From: an uncultured Gammaproteobacteria bacterium
Lineage (GTDB): Bacteria > Patescibacteriota > Patescibacteriia > UBA9934
NCBI GenBank assembly: GCA_964344145.1
Contig: CAYFME010000008.1
Location: 1,913 to 65,912 of the forward strand
Reading direction: 5' to 3'
Length of the DNA: 64,000 nt
Position 1 is the stretch's first letter. Each line of letters begins with the position of its first letter. This document shows positions 28,422 through 37,936 of this stretch, piece by piece. The notes under the pieces were generated by a model. The model saw only the letters and a list, made by a program, of their open reading frames with translations. It did not search any database and had not been told where the DNA came from. A program made the position numbers and the translations under genes.

Positions 28422-29429
28422 ATGCACATTCTTCTGCTTCTTCTCGCCGCCTGTTCTCCCGAGCCCGCGTCGATCCCCACGACTGACCAGACATCGACTC
28501 CCTCCGCAGAGGTGCCGCCGATGCTGGAGCGGGTCTACACCAAGAACTACCGCCCGACGTTCGTGGACGGCGCTCCGTTTGACGAGTGGGTTCCGGACCA
28601 AGACCGTGACTGGCTGGGGTGTGATGGCGGGGATGGCTGCAAGGCCTACTACCAGCTGCAGCACAAAAAACGTCTGACGCGCTACACGAGACCGGACCGA
28701 CAGAGTGAGTGGATGATCATCGAGGGTCCACGCCACACGGACACACATGGCGTCTCTGGCGCTGTGTGCCTCGATGGCACTCCTGGTGCCGGTGGTCCAT
28801 GGGCTGTCCGTGATCGGCTGCGTGATGATCCGGCAACGGGCTCCGCGTGGTGTGAGACCGTTCAGGTGGGCTACCCGATCTACCGTGCGGGATGGACGAT
28901 GTATCCAGATGACGGCTCAGAGCCTCAGGACACGTTCAAGGCGCAAGGTTCGCTCTCGATCCCCTTCAACGACCGGCCGATCGGCTTCGCCTTCAGCCAT
29001 CTCCCGGGCTACGACACCTTCCTCGTCACCGAGCACTACGTCATGCGGCGGGGTGGGAGCGGCTACGAGATCGCTCATGCTGTCACCGACAGCGACATCG
29101 GGGGCATGGAAGGGACGATGGTCTGGCCTGTCCGCAGGTCTGAGCGCCAAGTGTTCCCTGTCGTGGACGTGAAGCGGGGCCCTGACGGCTACACGGTCTT
29201 CCGTGGCTTGCTCTACCGCAAGCTCGACGACTCGTGGCACGTCGTTCCATGGCCCCACGATCAGCCCATGCATCTGCTGTACATCGAGGTCACGGAAGTG
29301 GCCGGTGGGGCAATCGTAGAGCTCATGTCGGACCTACATTCAGACGAATGGTCCTCCATGCGTTCCCGGATGAGCTTCACGTTCACGGGGTTCGCGGAGC
29401 CTGCCGTGGAGACCGAGTTCCCCTGGTAG
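28422..29429 (+). CDS. Lipoprotein (hypothetical; high-GC gene)
   Basis: MHILLLLLAACSPEP lipobox after a GAGG RBS; 62% GC. Confidence 0.6.
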   Translation: MHILLLLLAACSPEPASIPTTDQTSTPSAEVPPMLERVYTKNYRPTFVDGAPFDEWVPDQDRDWLGCDGGDGCKAYYQLQHKKRLTRYTRPDRQSEWMIIEGPRHTDTHGVSGAVCLDGTPGAGGPWAVRDRLRDDPATGSAWCETVQVGYPIYRAGWTMYPDDGSEPQDTFKAQGSLSIPFNDRPIGFAFSHLPGYDTFLVTEHYVMRRGGSGYEIAHAVTDSDIGGMEGTMVWPVRRSERQVFPVVDVKRGPDGYTVFRGLLYRKLDDSWHVVPWPHDQPMHLLYIEVTEVAGGAIVELMSDLHSDEWSSMRSRMSFTFTGFAEPAVETEFPW

Positions 29430-29521
29430 ATCGAGACAACGTTCGCCAACGTGCCGCCCTAGGTCGCCTTACCTGTCGGGCGGCTTCGTGCATTAAGCCA
29501 GTTTTGTTAAACTGCCATTGT

Positions 29522-29797
29522 ATGAAAAAAGTAGACACAACGTATCGTAAGCTTGTCCTTGTATGTCAGAACCTTCGCGAGGGCGGGGCGAACTGTTGCA
29601 TGCAGCGCGGAGCGGGTGAGCTCTATCCAGCGATCAAGGCGGCGGTCAAGGAAGCGACCACGGATGTGCGCGTTTCAAAGACAGGCTGCCTTGGCCAGTG
29701 CTCGACGGGTTCGACGGTCGTCATCATGCCAGATGACATTTGGCTCGGAGAGGTAACAGCTGACGACATTCCCGAGATTATCGACATCGTGCTATAG
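29522..29797 (+). CDS. Thioredoxin-like [2Fe-2S] ferredoxin domain protein
   Basis: LVLVCQNLREGGANCC...GCLGQCSTGSTVVIMPD has the four-Cys pattern of NuoE-like 2Fe-2S ferredoxins. Confidence 0.7.
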   Translation: MKKVDTTYRKLVLVCQNLREGGANCCMQRGAGELYPAIKAAVKEATTDVRVSKTGCLGQCSTGSTVVIMPDDIWLGEVTADDIPEIIDIVL

Positions 29798-29820
29798 CGT
29801 AGGTGGCAAAGGGGGTCGAG

Positions 29821-29838
29821 ACTGGACAAATGTCCAGT
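29821..29838. promoter_or_regulatory. Perfect 8-2-8 palindrome (ACTGGACA-AA-TGTCCAGT), candidate operator upstream of the PP2C gene
   Basis: Seen directly in the sequence; lies in the promoter region between the ferredoxin and phosphatase genes. Confidence 0.45.
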
Positions 29839-29909
29839 TTTGTGGTATCTTCTCTTGTCCGACAATTCAGTTCAGGACAAAGGAGCTACGACAACACTGG
29901 AGGTGTGTC

Positions 29910-30686
29910 ATCCCCATCAAGATCGGATACGCGGCGACGACGGACGTCGGTCGCGAGCGTACGAACAACGAAGACAGTTACATGGCCCAGCTCAACCACC
30001 AGGGAGCCCTGTTCGCCGTCGCCGACGGCATGGGTGGACCCTCGTGTGGTGAGGTCGCCAGCGCGGCGGTCATTCGTGCTGTTCCCAGGATGCTCGACGG
30101 CAAACCTCGCCCGACTGCCAAGGGGATGATCGACGGCTACACGGAAGCTCGCAGGGAGATCAAGCGCGAGGCAGACCGTACGGGGGCTCACGACATGGGC
30201 ACCACGCTCACGGTGCTGTGGCTCGACCGCGTGCGCGTCGGTACGACCCTGCGCGCGCTGATCGGTCAGGTCGGCGACACTCGCTGCTACCACGTCGTGG
30301 GCCATTGCGTCACGCAGCTCACCTGGGATCACTCCGAGGCCGAAAGGCTCATCCGTGCTGGTCGTTGCACACGCAAGAGCCCGGTCGGCGGCCACATCCT
30401 CAACCGCACTATGGACCTGAACGTGCACGGCCCTGATCCGGACCTCTTCCGTGCGCTGCTGCGCCCGGGCGACGCTATGGTGCTGTGCAGCGACGGCCTC
30501 TACGACCTGGTGGATCTGGAGCGCGAGGACTCGCCGGAGCTGCGCCAGCTCAAGCGCCAGATCGCGGACGCGCGCACCAAGCGTGAACTGCAGGACATCT
30601 GCGATGCCCTGGTCGCCCTGGCCAACGCCCGCGGCGGACACGACAACATCACCGTCGTGATCGTCAAGTACTTCTCCGTCTCGTAG
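29910..30686 (+). CDS. PP2C-family Ser/Thr protein phosphatase (high-GC gene); start set at ATC 29910, since first in-frame ATG/GTG/TTG (29982) would delete conserved motif 1
   Basis: Translation upstream of ATG 29982 reads IPIKIGYAATTDVGRERTNNEDSY, the PP2C motif-1 signature. GGAGG at 29899-29903 sits 6 nt before ATC 29910. Later motifs FAVADGMGG and GGHDNITVVIV are present. Confidence 0.65.
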   Translation: MPIKIGYAATTDVGRERTNNEDSYMAQLNHQGALFAVADGMGGPSCGEVASAAVIRAVPRMLDGKPRPTAKGMIDGYTEARREIKREADRTGAHDMGTTLTVLWLDRVRVGTTLRALIGQVGDTRCYHVVGHCVTQLTWDHSEAERLIRAGRCTRKSPVGGHILNRTMDLNVHGPDPDLFRALLRPGDAMVLCSDGLYDLVDLEREDSPELRQLKRQIADARTKRELQDICDALVALANARGGHDNITVVIVKYFSVS

Positions 30687-30796
30687 CTACGAACGTCGTG
30701 TGGCGCCCGTCCCTTCGCAGGGGCGGGCGCTGTGGCATTTCATCATTGACAACTGTTGATTTTTTTTCTATCCTACCGCTGCAAATGCCGCATGAC

Positions 30797-30871
30797 GGCC
30801 CCATCGTCTAGTGGTTAGGACGCCAGGTTTTCATCCTGGAAACAGGGGTTCGATTCCCCTTGGGGTCACCA
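30797..30871 (+). tRNA. tRNA-Glu (anticodon UUC)
   Basis: Canonical cloverleaf GGCCCCA..GTCT-AGTGGTTA-GGAC..CCAGG-TTTTCAT-CCTGG..AGGGG-TTCGATT-CCCCT-TGGGGTC-A-CCA; terminator hairpin 30874-30904. Confidence 0.9.
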
Positions 30872-30930
30872 ATAAAACCGCAGGATTTTCCTACGGTTTT
30901 ATTGTCTCTAAGATGACTGTCAAACGCTTA

Positions 30931-32013
30931 TCAGTTCTCCAGAAGCGAGTAAAAACGTTTATTGACAAAAAGTTTGTTACGGCCCACTTTAATTGATTCT
31001 AAGATTCCGATTGCCTCTAGCTCATTGAGGTATTTTGTTGCAGTGATGCGAGTACCCAAGCCCGCCTCTATAAGATCGTTGATTCTTGTATAAGGCATGC
31101 TGAAAAGAATCTCAAGCAAGTCCTTTGAGTAAGTGGTTGGTGCCTTATCCTTAATCTCACCTTTTGTCTTATCCATTAACTCGACAATTTTTTGGATCTT
31201 ATTTGTCATCGCAAGTGATGACTGCTCAACGCCGTCGAGCATGTAGGTAATCCATTCTTCCCATTTCTGCTGTTCTGTCACCTCTCTGAGCCCAACATAA
31301 TAATCGTCTTTACTATCGAGAATATATTGACTGAGAAAAAGCATAGGGTGATCCAGTAGCCCTGCAAAAACCAAGAAGAGCACGTTTAGAATTCGCCCAG
31401 TTCGACCATTACCGTCGTGAAACGGGTGAATAGCCTCGAATTGATAATGGATGACCGCCATCTTTATTAGCGCATCTACCCCATCGTCTGTGTTAATGTA
31501 TTCCTCAAGATTTCGTAACTTTTCTTGAATAACATCCCCTCCTTCTGGTGGAGTATAGATGATCTCTTTGGTTTTTTCATTGGCTATCTTTACACCTGGG
31601 ATCTCACGGATTCCTCGATCGTTTTCCTTGATCGTATTCACAATTTTTATCAGTGTATTTGTGGTGATAACCCGTTGTGTTTTTAATAGGTTAAATCCCT
31701 GCCATAGCGCATCTAGATAATGTAGAACCTCACGTGTATTCGGATCGACTGACTTGTCTTCGATTGCCAACGCTCGAAATAACTGATCGTTCGTTGTGAT
31801 AATGTTTTCAATTTCAGAGCTCTCCTTAGCCTCTAAAAGATAAAGGTTGTTGTAAAATACAGCTTCGTTTGGAAGTTGCTTTGCAGCCATTCTTAAACCA
31901 GCCAACGCTCTGTTGGCGGAAATGGCTTTTTTTAAAACAGCCTTACTATCAATCTCGCACTCTGGAGGTAGCAGAGGAAGACTGTTATGCGGTGTATTTC
32001 TATCAAAGCCCAT
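30931..32013 (-). CDS. fic: Fic/Doc-family protein (AMPylation/phosphocholination-type) with C-terminal wHTH; low-GC gene
   Basis: Fic motif HPFHDGNGRTGR (HxFx[DE]GNGRxxR); 38% GC. Confidence 0.85.
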   Translation of the reverse strand: MGFDRNTPHNSLPLLPPECEIDSKAVLKKAISANRALAGLRMAAKQLPNEAVFYNNLYLLEAKESSEIENIITTNDQLFRALAIEDKSVDPNTREVLHYLDALWQGFNLLKTQRVITTNTLIKIVNTIKENDRGIREIPGVKIANEKTKEIIYTPPEGGDVIQEKLRNLEEYINTDDGVDALIKMAVIHYQFEAIHPFHDGNGRTGRILNVLFLVFAGLLDHPMLFLSQYILDSKDDYYVGLREVTEQQKWEEWITYMLDGVEQSSLAMTNKIQKIVELMDKTKGEIKDKAPTTYSKDLLEILFSMPYTRINDLIEAGLGTRITATKYLNELEAIGILESIKVGRNKLFVNKRFYSLLEN

Positions 32014-32251
32014 AGCTACAAGTTACACTATATGTATAATTTTGTCAAAATATTATACACATTAGACCAACATGTATAGTCAATAAAGGTATGTTTGGTT
32101 TGTGAATAATCTGTGTGGATTTTTATTCATTTCACCTTGAAATTTCATCCAACCCTGTAATTCTTCCATAAACTGGTTCCAAGGAAGTCGCCGAAGGGTC
32201 ACCAAAAGAACACGCCTTGGCGTGTTCTTTTGTTCGTCAGTTGGTTGGCTG

Positions 32252-33289
32252 TCAACGCTTCTCCAGCATCCCACTCTTGTACAGCTCCACGACCACCATC
32301 AGTGCCGCCAAGATTGTCGGACCGAGGATGAAGCCGATCGCTCCAAACAACTGCAGTCCACCCAAGATCGACACGAGAATCAACAGTTCGTTCATCTTCG
32401 TCTTTGATCCAATCAGCTTTGGCGAGAGTAGGTTGTCGACCAATCCAACCACGACGACGGACCAGATCGTCAGACCAATCGCTGCACCAATGCTGCCGGT
32501 GATCGCAAGGTAGGCGATGGCAGGAATCATGATAAGTGCCACGCCCAGCATTGGTACTTGAGCCGCGATGATCACCAGCGATCCCCACAACAGAGCACCA
32601 GGCACGCCAAAGACTGCCATACCGATCGTGGCAAATGCGGCTTGCACAATTGCGATGATGAGCGCTCCGAAGACCACCGAGCGGACGGTGCGGGAGATAC
32701 GCTTGAGGATCTTGTCGTCGAGCTTGTCAGTAAACGGACTTAGGTCCAACGCGAGCGTGCGGATTTTGTCGCGGTCAACAAGCAGGTAGTACAGCGCGAC
32801 AAAGAAGATAAACGTATGGAAGACGAGCTGGGCGGTTGACGAGAAGATCTGTCCGACATTCTCAAACGCCCACTGCGCAAGACCCTTTCCAAGCTCAATC
32901 ACGTCAACGGCCAGGAGCTGTTCTTGTACAACCGGTGGGAGCGACGTCACCAGGACGTTTTGGGAGATATCAAATGAGTAGACCCAACCATCTTCCCCAA
33001 TCGACAAGTCGATAATGTCCGAAGCTTCCTGCACCATTAGCACACCGGCGATGAATAGCGGTACGACGATAATCAGGAAGAAGCCTAGGACCATCGCGAG
33101 TGCTGAGAGTCGCTGCGACTTGATGAGTCTGCGTACGCGCTTATCAATCGGTGCGAGCAAGATGGCAGCGATCCCGGCGGTGATCAGAACAACCGCGAAT
33201 GGTTGAACCACTTGCCAGAACAAATACAGCACCAGTACACTTATCACGATGAAGAACCACCGTGTGGTTTGAGAGGAGGGAGTTTTCAT
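32252..33289 (-). CDS. AI-2E family transporter (PerM/YdiK-like, UPF0118)
   Basis: 8-TM topology with an AI-2E-like central loop; terminator hairpin AAAAGAACACGCC-ttgg-GGCGTGTTCTTTT at 32205-32235. Confidence 0.7.
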   Translation of the reverse strand: MKTPSSQTTRWFFIVISVLVLYLFWQVVQPFAVVLITAGIAAILLAPIDKRVRRLIKSQRLSALAMVLGFFLIIVVPLFIAGVLMVQEASDIIDLSIGEDGWVYSFDISQNVLVTSLPPVVQEQLLAVDVIELGKGLAQWAFENVGQIFSSTAQLVFHTFIFFVALYYLLVDRDKIRTLALDLSPFTDKLDDKILKRISRTVRSVVFGALIIAIVQAAFATIGMAVFGVPGALLWGSLVIIAAQVPMLGVALIMIPAIAYLAITGSIGAAIGLTIWSVVVVGLVDNLLSPKLIGSKTKMNELLILVSILGGLQLFGAIGFILGPTILAALMVVVELYKSGMLEKR

Positions 33290-33317
33290 ATAATCAATAA
33301 CGAGTCTATTCTAGCGT

Positions 33318-34352
33318 ATGACGAAACCATTGGCCATTGTGATGAGTTTGGCGATCGTGCTGTTGGCAGCGGTCGCTGTGTTTGTAACGTATACGACGTT
33401 CATCGATCGTGATGAGTCCGAGTCCCTTGAACAAGAGGATGAACAGGTGCAAGAAGAAGAGGAAGAAGAGATTGCTGAGGAAGATGAGCAGGAGGCGCCA
33501 GCGCTGTTTGGTGTGGAGGTTGTTGGCGAAGAGCTCGACGGTGCGGTGGTGAAGCGAGAGGCATGGATTGAGAATCCGACAACGGGCGATCGTCAGTCTG
33601 TTCGACTGTACGAACCCTCCGAGCTTGGTCCGTGGCCGATGGTTGTGTTAATTCCAGGTGGGACGGGTGATGGTTCGTCCTTTGAGCGACCAAATATCGA
33701 CGGTCCAGATGACACATCAGACGCAGTGCTTCTGGCGGCGGAAGGGTTTGTCGTTGTTGTCTACAGTCCATTGGGTACAGGGGACAGTGATGGGGACGTA
33801 AACTATCAAGGTCACGACGATCAGGATGGTTTGGCAGCGATTATTCAAGCGGTTGCCGACTTGCCGTCAACTGATCCGGATAACATCGGACTGGCGAGCT
33901 TTTCCTACGGCGTGACCGGCGCTGCGGGTGTACTAGCGCGCTATCCTGAGCTTGGCGTGAAATACTGGTCAGATTGGGAGGGTCCTTCGAGTCGTGAGTT
34001 TACAACGGTTGGATGCACAGGACGAGTCTCCAATTCGATCAGTCCGGCGAATCTTGATTGCGATGACGACGAGGTGTGGAGCGAGCGTGAGGCGGCAGCG
34101 TTTGCCAAGACGCTCAGCGTTGATTACTACTGGCGCATTCAAGAAGAAGACGATCACGTTCAGTCCACGTACGGTCACACGCTGGAGATGGTGAACAATG
34201 CGGTTGAGAATGAGAACATGCCTTGGGTAAAATTAAACGATGGCGATGTCAACGCCACCTATGTCGCTGCGACGGTGCCTGCCGTGGGCAATGCTAATCA
34301 TTTTGTTGCCTACGCAATGCCGCACATCATCGCGATGAGCGAGATGGACTAG
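33318..34352 (+). CDS. Membrane-anchored alpha/beta-hydrolase fold protein
   Basis: N-terminal TM, acidic linker, GLASFSYG nucleophile elbow (GxSxG). Confidence 0.6.
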   Translation: MTKPLAIVMSLAIVLLAAVAVFVTYTTFIDRDESESLEQEDEQVQEEEEEEIAEEDEQEAPALFGVEVVGEELDGAVVKREAWIENPTTGDRQSVRLYEPSELGPWPMVVLIPGGTGDGSSFERPNIDGPDDTSDAVLLAAEGFVVVVYSPLGTGDSDGDVNYQGHDDQDGLAAIIQAVADLPSTDPDNIGLASFSYGVTGAAGVLARYPELGVKYWSDWEGPSSREFTTVGCTGRVSNSISPANLDCDDDEVWSEREAAAFAKTLSVDYYWRIQEEDDHVQSTYGHTLEMVNNAVENENMPWVKLNDGDVNATYVAATVPAVGNANHFVAYAMPHIIAMSEMD

Positions 34353-34849
34353 ATATGGCACACGGCGCAGGCGTTGTTCAGGCGTTTGGCTGAGTAGTGC
34401 AAGGCAGCTGCCGTGAGAGCTAGAGCAAAGATCGCAAAGTAGATACGGTACTCAACCACGAAGGCTGTTGCTCCTAGACCAAACAATGAAAGAATGGACG
34501 AGTAGCAGGCGGCGCAGGCGAGCGTTGCCGCAAGCGAGCCGGTGAGAATGCCCGTGAGGGTTGTCGCCTTGACAACCTTCTTGGCAGCCGAGCTCGCTTT
34601 GCGTTTGTGATGGATGACCGTCTGCATGGTCAACAGCAAACCGTTGCCGATCGACAGGACAGTGACAAGAGCGGTGCCGGGCGCACCGAGTAATTCGATT
34701 TGAAACAACAAGTCGTTTCCGGGCGTGGTCCACACAGGAATCAAGAGCAACAACAAGAACAATCCAACGGAGCTGACCACAAAAACCGACCACCCGCAGG
34801 GGTCAGCAAAGGTTTGGCGTAGCGCTTGTTTCCACATCATTATTGACAT
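34349..34849 (-). CDS. Small polytopic membrane protein (hypothetical)
   Basis: 4 TM helices; C-terminal CAVCH. Confidence 0.45.
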   Translation of the reverse strand: MSIMMWKQALRQTFADPCGWSVFVVSSVGLFLLLLLIPVWTTPGNDLLFQIELLGAPGTALVTVLSIGNGLLLTMQTVIHHKRKASSAAKKVVKATTLTGILTGSLAATLACAACYSSILSLFGLGATAFVVEYRIYFAIFALALTAAALHYSAKRLNNACAVCHI

Positions 34850-34946
34850 GGCGCTATGATAGCACCGTTGACCCCCCAGGTGAAATATGGTCTTATGGAT
34901 GACGTTGGAGAGAGACGTTGTGGGACCTGCACTAAAGAGGTGTGAA

Positions 34947-35225
34947 ATGCCCGATGAAGATCTGGAAGGCCATAGGCGCGTCGAGGAGGGGATACGTGGG
35001 TTCGTTGCGTTGATGACGGATTACCCGAAGGAGGTAGAGGTCGTGGCGACGCCGGGAGAAGCCACCATGGTGATGATCCTCATCCGGGTCAATCAGCGTG
35101 ATCTCGGTCGCGTGATCGGCAAGAAGGGGAAGTGGCGAGAGGCTCTTCAGAAGCTGATCGAAAAGCCGATTTCTGGAGCGCGCGGTCACCGCTATCGCCT
35201 CGACGGTATTATCGCCCTCTCGTAG
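34947..35225 (+). CDS. Second KH-domain RNA-binding protein paralog (KhpA-like)
   Basis: ATG at 34947 with AAGAGGTG RBS; DLGRVIGKKGKWREALQKLI is a KH GxxG motif. Confidence 0.6.
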   Translation: MPDEDLEGHRRVEEGIRGFVALMTDYPKEVEVVATPGEATMVMILIRVNQRDLGRVIGKKGKWREALQKLIEKPISGARGHRYRLDGIIALS

Positions 35226-35398
35226 GGTCGTTACGTTGCGTAGGCTCGCCTTCTCAGGCGAGCCTTGGTGCATCCAATTTTTTTACCTAACCTTCGTCTT
35301 GTTTTGTACGTTTTTACTTGACAAACGGGGGGAAATTTGCGAAAGTCAAAAGGACAGGACATACGTCCTGACTCTTTCCAATCCGGAGGACTAACACC

Positions 35399-36070
35399 AT
35401 GCTGATGCTCATCACGATGATGCTGACGATCGGGACCGCGATGGCCCAGGAGCCCGCGTCCGTTCAGACCGACGAGATCGAAGAGACCGAGCAGACGGAT
35501 CGGCCCGTCCAGGTCGAGTCCGAGCCCGCGCCGGTCGTCGAGTCCACGGTGGCCGACTGCGAGGGCGTGACCCTCGCGACCTTCGAGACCGCCGACGAGA
35601 CCGCCGCCGCCCTGCTCATGGACCTGGAGACCGAGAAGCTTCTCACCCTGGAGCTCGACACGATCGCCAAGCTGATCTGTCTGGATGGTCGTCTGACGCC
35701 CTCGGCGTCGGCCTCGATCCACGGCATGACGGCGATGGCCTCGCTGGTCGATCCCCAGCGTGACGAGTCCCAGGTGCGCGCGGCGCTCTATGCCGCCGGT
35801 CTGGCCTCGGCGACCTACGAGCTGCCGAGCATCATCCCCCGCACGCACAAGCTGCGCACCATGCAGGCGGATGCCGCTGCCTACGCCAGCGCGATGGACA
35901 CCATGTCCGCCCCCGAGGGCTCTGTCCTCGTGGTCGACGGCGTGACCAGCCGCACTCGGCGCATCGGCGCCCCGGCAGTCGTGCAGATCCAGACGGACGG
36001 CGAGATCTCCTCGACCGTCTACCTCGCCCCGGCCGTCGCCTTCGACAGCGGAGGTGACGATGCCCAATAG
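35399..36070 (+). CDS. Secreted protein (hypothetical; high-GC), translationally coupled to downstream kinase
   Basis: Signal peptide MLMLITMMLTIGTAMAQEP; 65% GC; 3' end overlaps the kinase start. Confidence 0.55.
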   Translation: MLMLITMMLTIGTAMAQEPASVQTDEIEETEQTDRPVQVESEPAPVVESTVADCEGVTLATFETADETAAALLMDLETEKLLTLELDTIAKLICLDGRLTPSASASIHGMTAMASLVDPQRDESQVRAALYAAGLASATYELPSIIPRTHKLRTMQADAAAYASAMDTMSAPEGSVLVVDGVTSRTRRIGAPAVVQIQTDGEISSTVYLAPAVAFDSGGDDAQ

Positions 36071-37832
36071 TAGCCCACAACCACTAGATCCTGGAGGACC
36101 TATGTCGACGAGACCGTCGTCCGAGGCCCTCCAGCGTGAGGGTCTTGCTGCTGTCTACGATGACCTGGAGGTCATCGCCGCTGGTGGTGCAGGGATCGTC
36201 TTCTCTGGTGTCCACCGTGGTCTGCGCCGGAAGGTGGCAATCAAGCTGCTCCTTCCGGCCATGATGAAGTCTGTGCCGATGCGCGAACGCGCCCTGCGCG
36301 AAGCGCGAGCCATGGCCCAGGTCGAGCACCCCAACGTCGTTCGTGTCTACAACGCTGGGATCATCCAGCTCACGGGTGCGGACGTCGCACTGCTCACCGA
36401 GGGTCTCACCGCTCTGCGTATCGCGGCAGTCTTTCCGCAGAACGCCAAGACCGTGTTCATCGAGATGGAGTGGGTCGAGGGAGGTACGCTGCAGGACTAC
36501 ATCGCCAAGGGGCAGCCCTTGGTGCAGGCCCGGGCAGCGGCTATCTTGCTCGATTTGCTGAGCGCTCTGGATGCCGTCCACGCCAATGGGATCGTCCATC
36601 GCGACGTCAAGCCGGCCAACGTCATGCTCACCGAGGATGGCGATGTGAAGCTCACCGACTTTGGTCTGGTGAACTCGCAGGAGGCTGGTCTCACGCGCGT
36701 GGGCACCAAGATGGGAACGCCCGGCTACATGCCGCCGGAGCAGGATCGTGATGCCAAGTCGGCTGATCTCACGGCTGACCTGTACGCCGCGGCCGTGGCC
36801 TTCCACTGCCTGCTGCGTGGACGCGATCCGGTCGGAGCACACTGCCACGGCGTGCTCGCGCCGATGTTCTGCGATCTGGTGGAGGACCGGGAGCGCGATC
36901 CCGAGCGCCCGGAGCTTGCGAACTTCTGGCGTGACATCGGAGAGCCGCTCAGGGCCTTCATCATCCGCGCAACGCGTCGGGCGCCAGAAGACCGCTTCGA
37001 CAGCGCTGCGGAGATGGCCACGGCTCTGCGCGAGATCGAGAATGAGCTGTTGGTAACGCTACCTTCGCCTGAAACGCTGGTGGCCACCGAAGGTGTCGAC
37101 TCGCTGCTGGACGACGGACACACGCATCCCATCGAGCTTGGTCAGCTGCCGCTGGTCGATCTCGATGATGAGGACGACATCCTTCGACCTGCCTCTGACG
37201 ACGACCTACCCTGGGATCCGAACCCGACGCCGCGTCGCCTCGGTCGCTGGATCGCCGCAGCTCTCGCGCTGGTCCTGGTGATCGGTGTGGGGGCGTGGAG
37301 CTTCAACGGTCAGGGTGAGTCCGCTCCGCCAGCTGATGTCGCGTCGCTCAACCCCATCGAGCAGCCCGTACAGATGGTCGAGACGGTCGCGTCTCCTGAA
37401 CCCGGGCCCAGCACGGAGCTCGCTGCTGCCCTGGTGCAGCCTGAGCCCGAAGTCGAGCCCGTCGGGTCATCCGACCCGACGGCCCGGTCGAATGACCGGG
37501 CTGAGCCCGAAGTCGAGCGAGCCGTGAAACGAACGGTTCCAGTGCGCGCCAAGACCGCAGTGGTTGAGGTCGTCGAACTGGAACCCGAGCCCGAGATCGA
37601 AGCGCCCCCGCGCATCACGGTCTCCGGCGACGCCAAGGCCGTCTGGCTCTCGCAACGTGGCACCTTCCACCAGCTTCCTGCGGATGTCCCGCCTGGTACC
37701 TACCGCCTGTTCGTCCAGTACGAAGGTGGTGAGCGCAAGCAGGCCCTCGATGGGTTCATCGAGGTGACTGACGGACCGGCAACGGTCCTGTGCAGCTCCC
37801 AGGCTGATGTCTGCAAGTGGCGCCCGATGTGA
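36060..37832 (+). CDS. Hanks-type Ser/Thr protein kinase with single TM and extracytoplasmic C-terminal domain
   Basis: G-loop AAGGAGIVFSG, VAIK, catalytic loop HRDVKPANVML, DFG, GTPGYMPPE; TM RWIAAALALVLVIGVGAW; start could also be GTG 36054 or ATG about 36102. Confidence 0.85.
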   Translation: MPNSSPQPLDPGGPMSTRPSSEALQREGLAAVYDDLEVIAAGGAGIVFSGVHRGLRRKVAIKLLLPAMMKSVPMRERALREARAMAQVEHPNVVRVYNAGIIQLTGADVALLTEGLTALRIAAVFPQNAKTVFIEMEWVEGGTLQDYIAKGQPLVQARAAAILLDLLSALDAVHANGIVHRDVKPANVMLTEDGDVKLTDFGLVNSQEAGLTRVGTKMGTPGYMPPEQDRDAKSADLTADLYAAAVAFHCLLRGRDPVGAHCHGVLAPMFCDLVEDRERDPERPELANFWRDIGEPLRAFIIRATRRAPEDRFDSAAEMATALREIENELLVTLPSPETLVATEGVDSLLDDGHTHPIELGQLPLVDLDDEDDILRPASDDDLPWDPNPTPRRLGRWIAAALALVLVIGVGAWSFNGQGESAPPADVASLNPIEQPVQMVETVASPEPGPSTELAAALVQPEPEVEPVGSSDPTARSNDRAEPEVERAVKRTVPVRAKTAVVEVVELEPEPEIEAPPRITVSGDAKAVWLSQRGTFHQLPADVPPGTYRLFVQYEGGERKQALDGFIEVTDGPATVLCSSQADVCKWRPM

Positions 37833-37936
37833 TCTCAAGTGCCCCGCCCCCGGAACTCCGGGCGGCGGGGCATCGTGCGTGTGGATGCACGACACCCACC
37901 CGGAGTCCCCAGGTGGGTGCTTGTCGTCGTAGACCG

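Noticed and set aside
32080-32274. 64-aa ORF upstream of fic
   Set aside because: It spans the bidirectional terminator hairpin of the AI-2E transporter gene and has no RBS.
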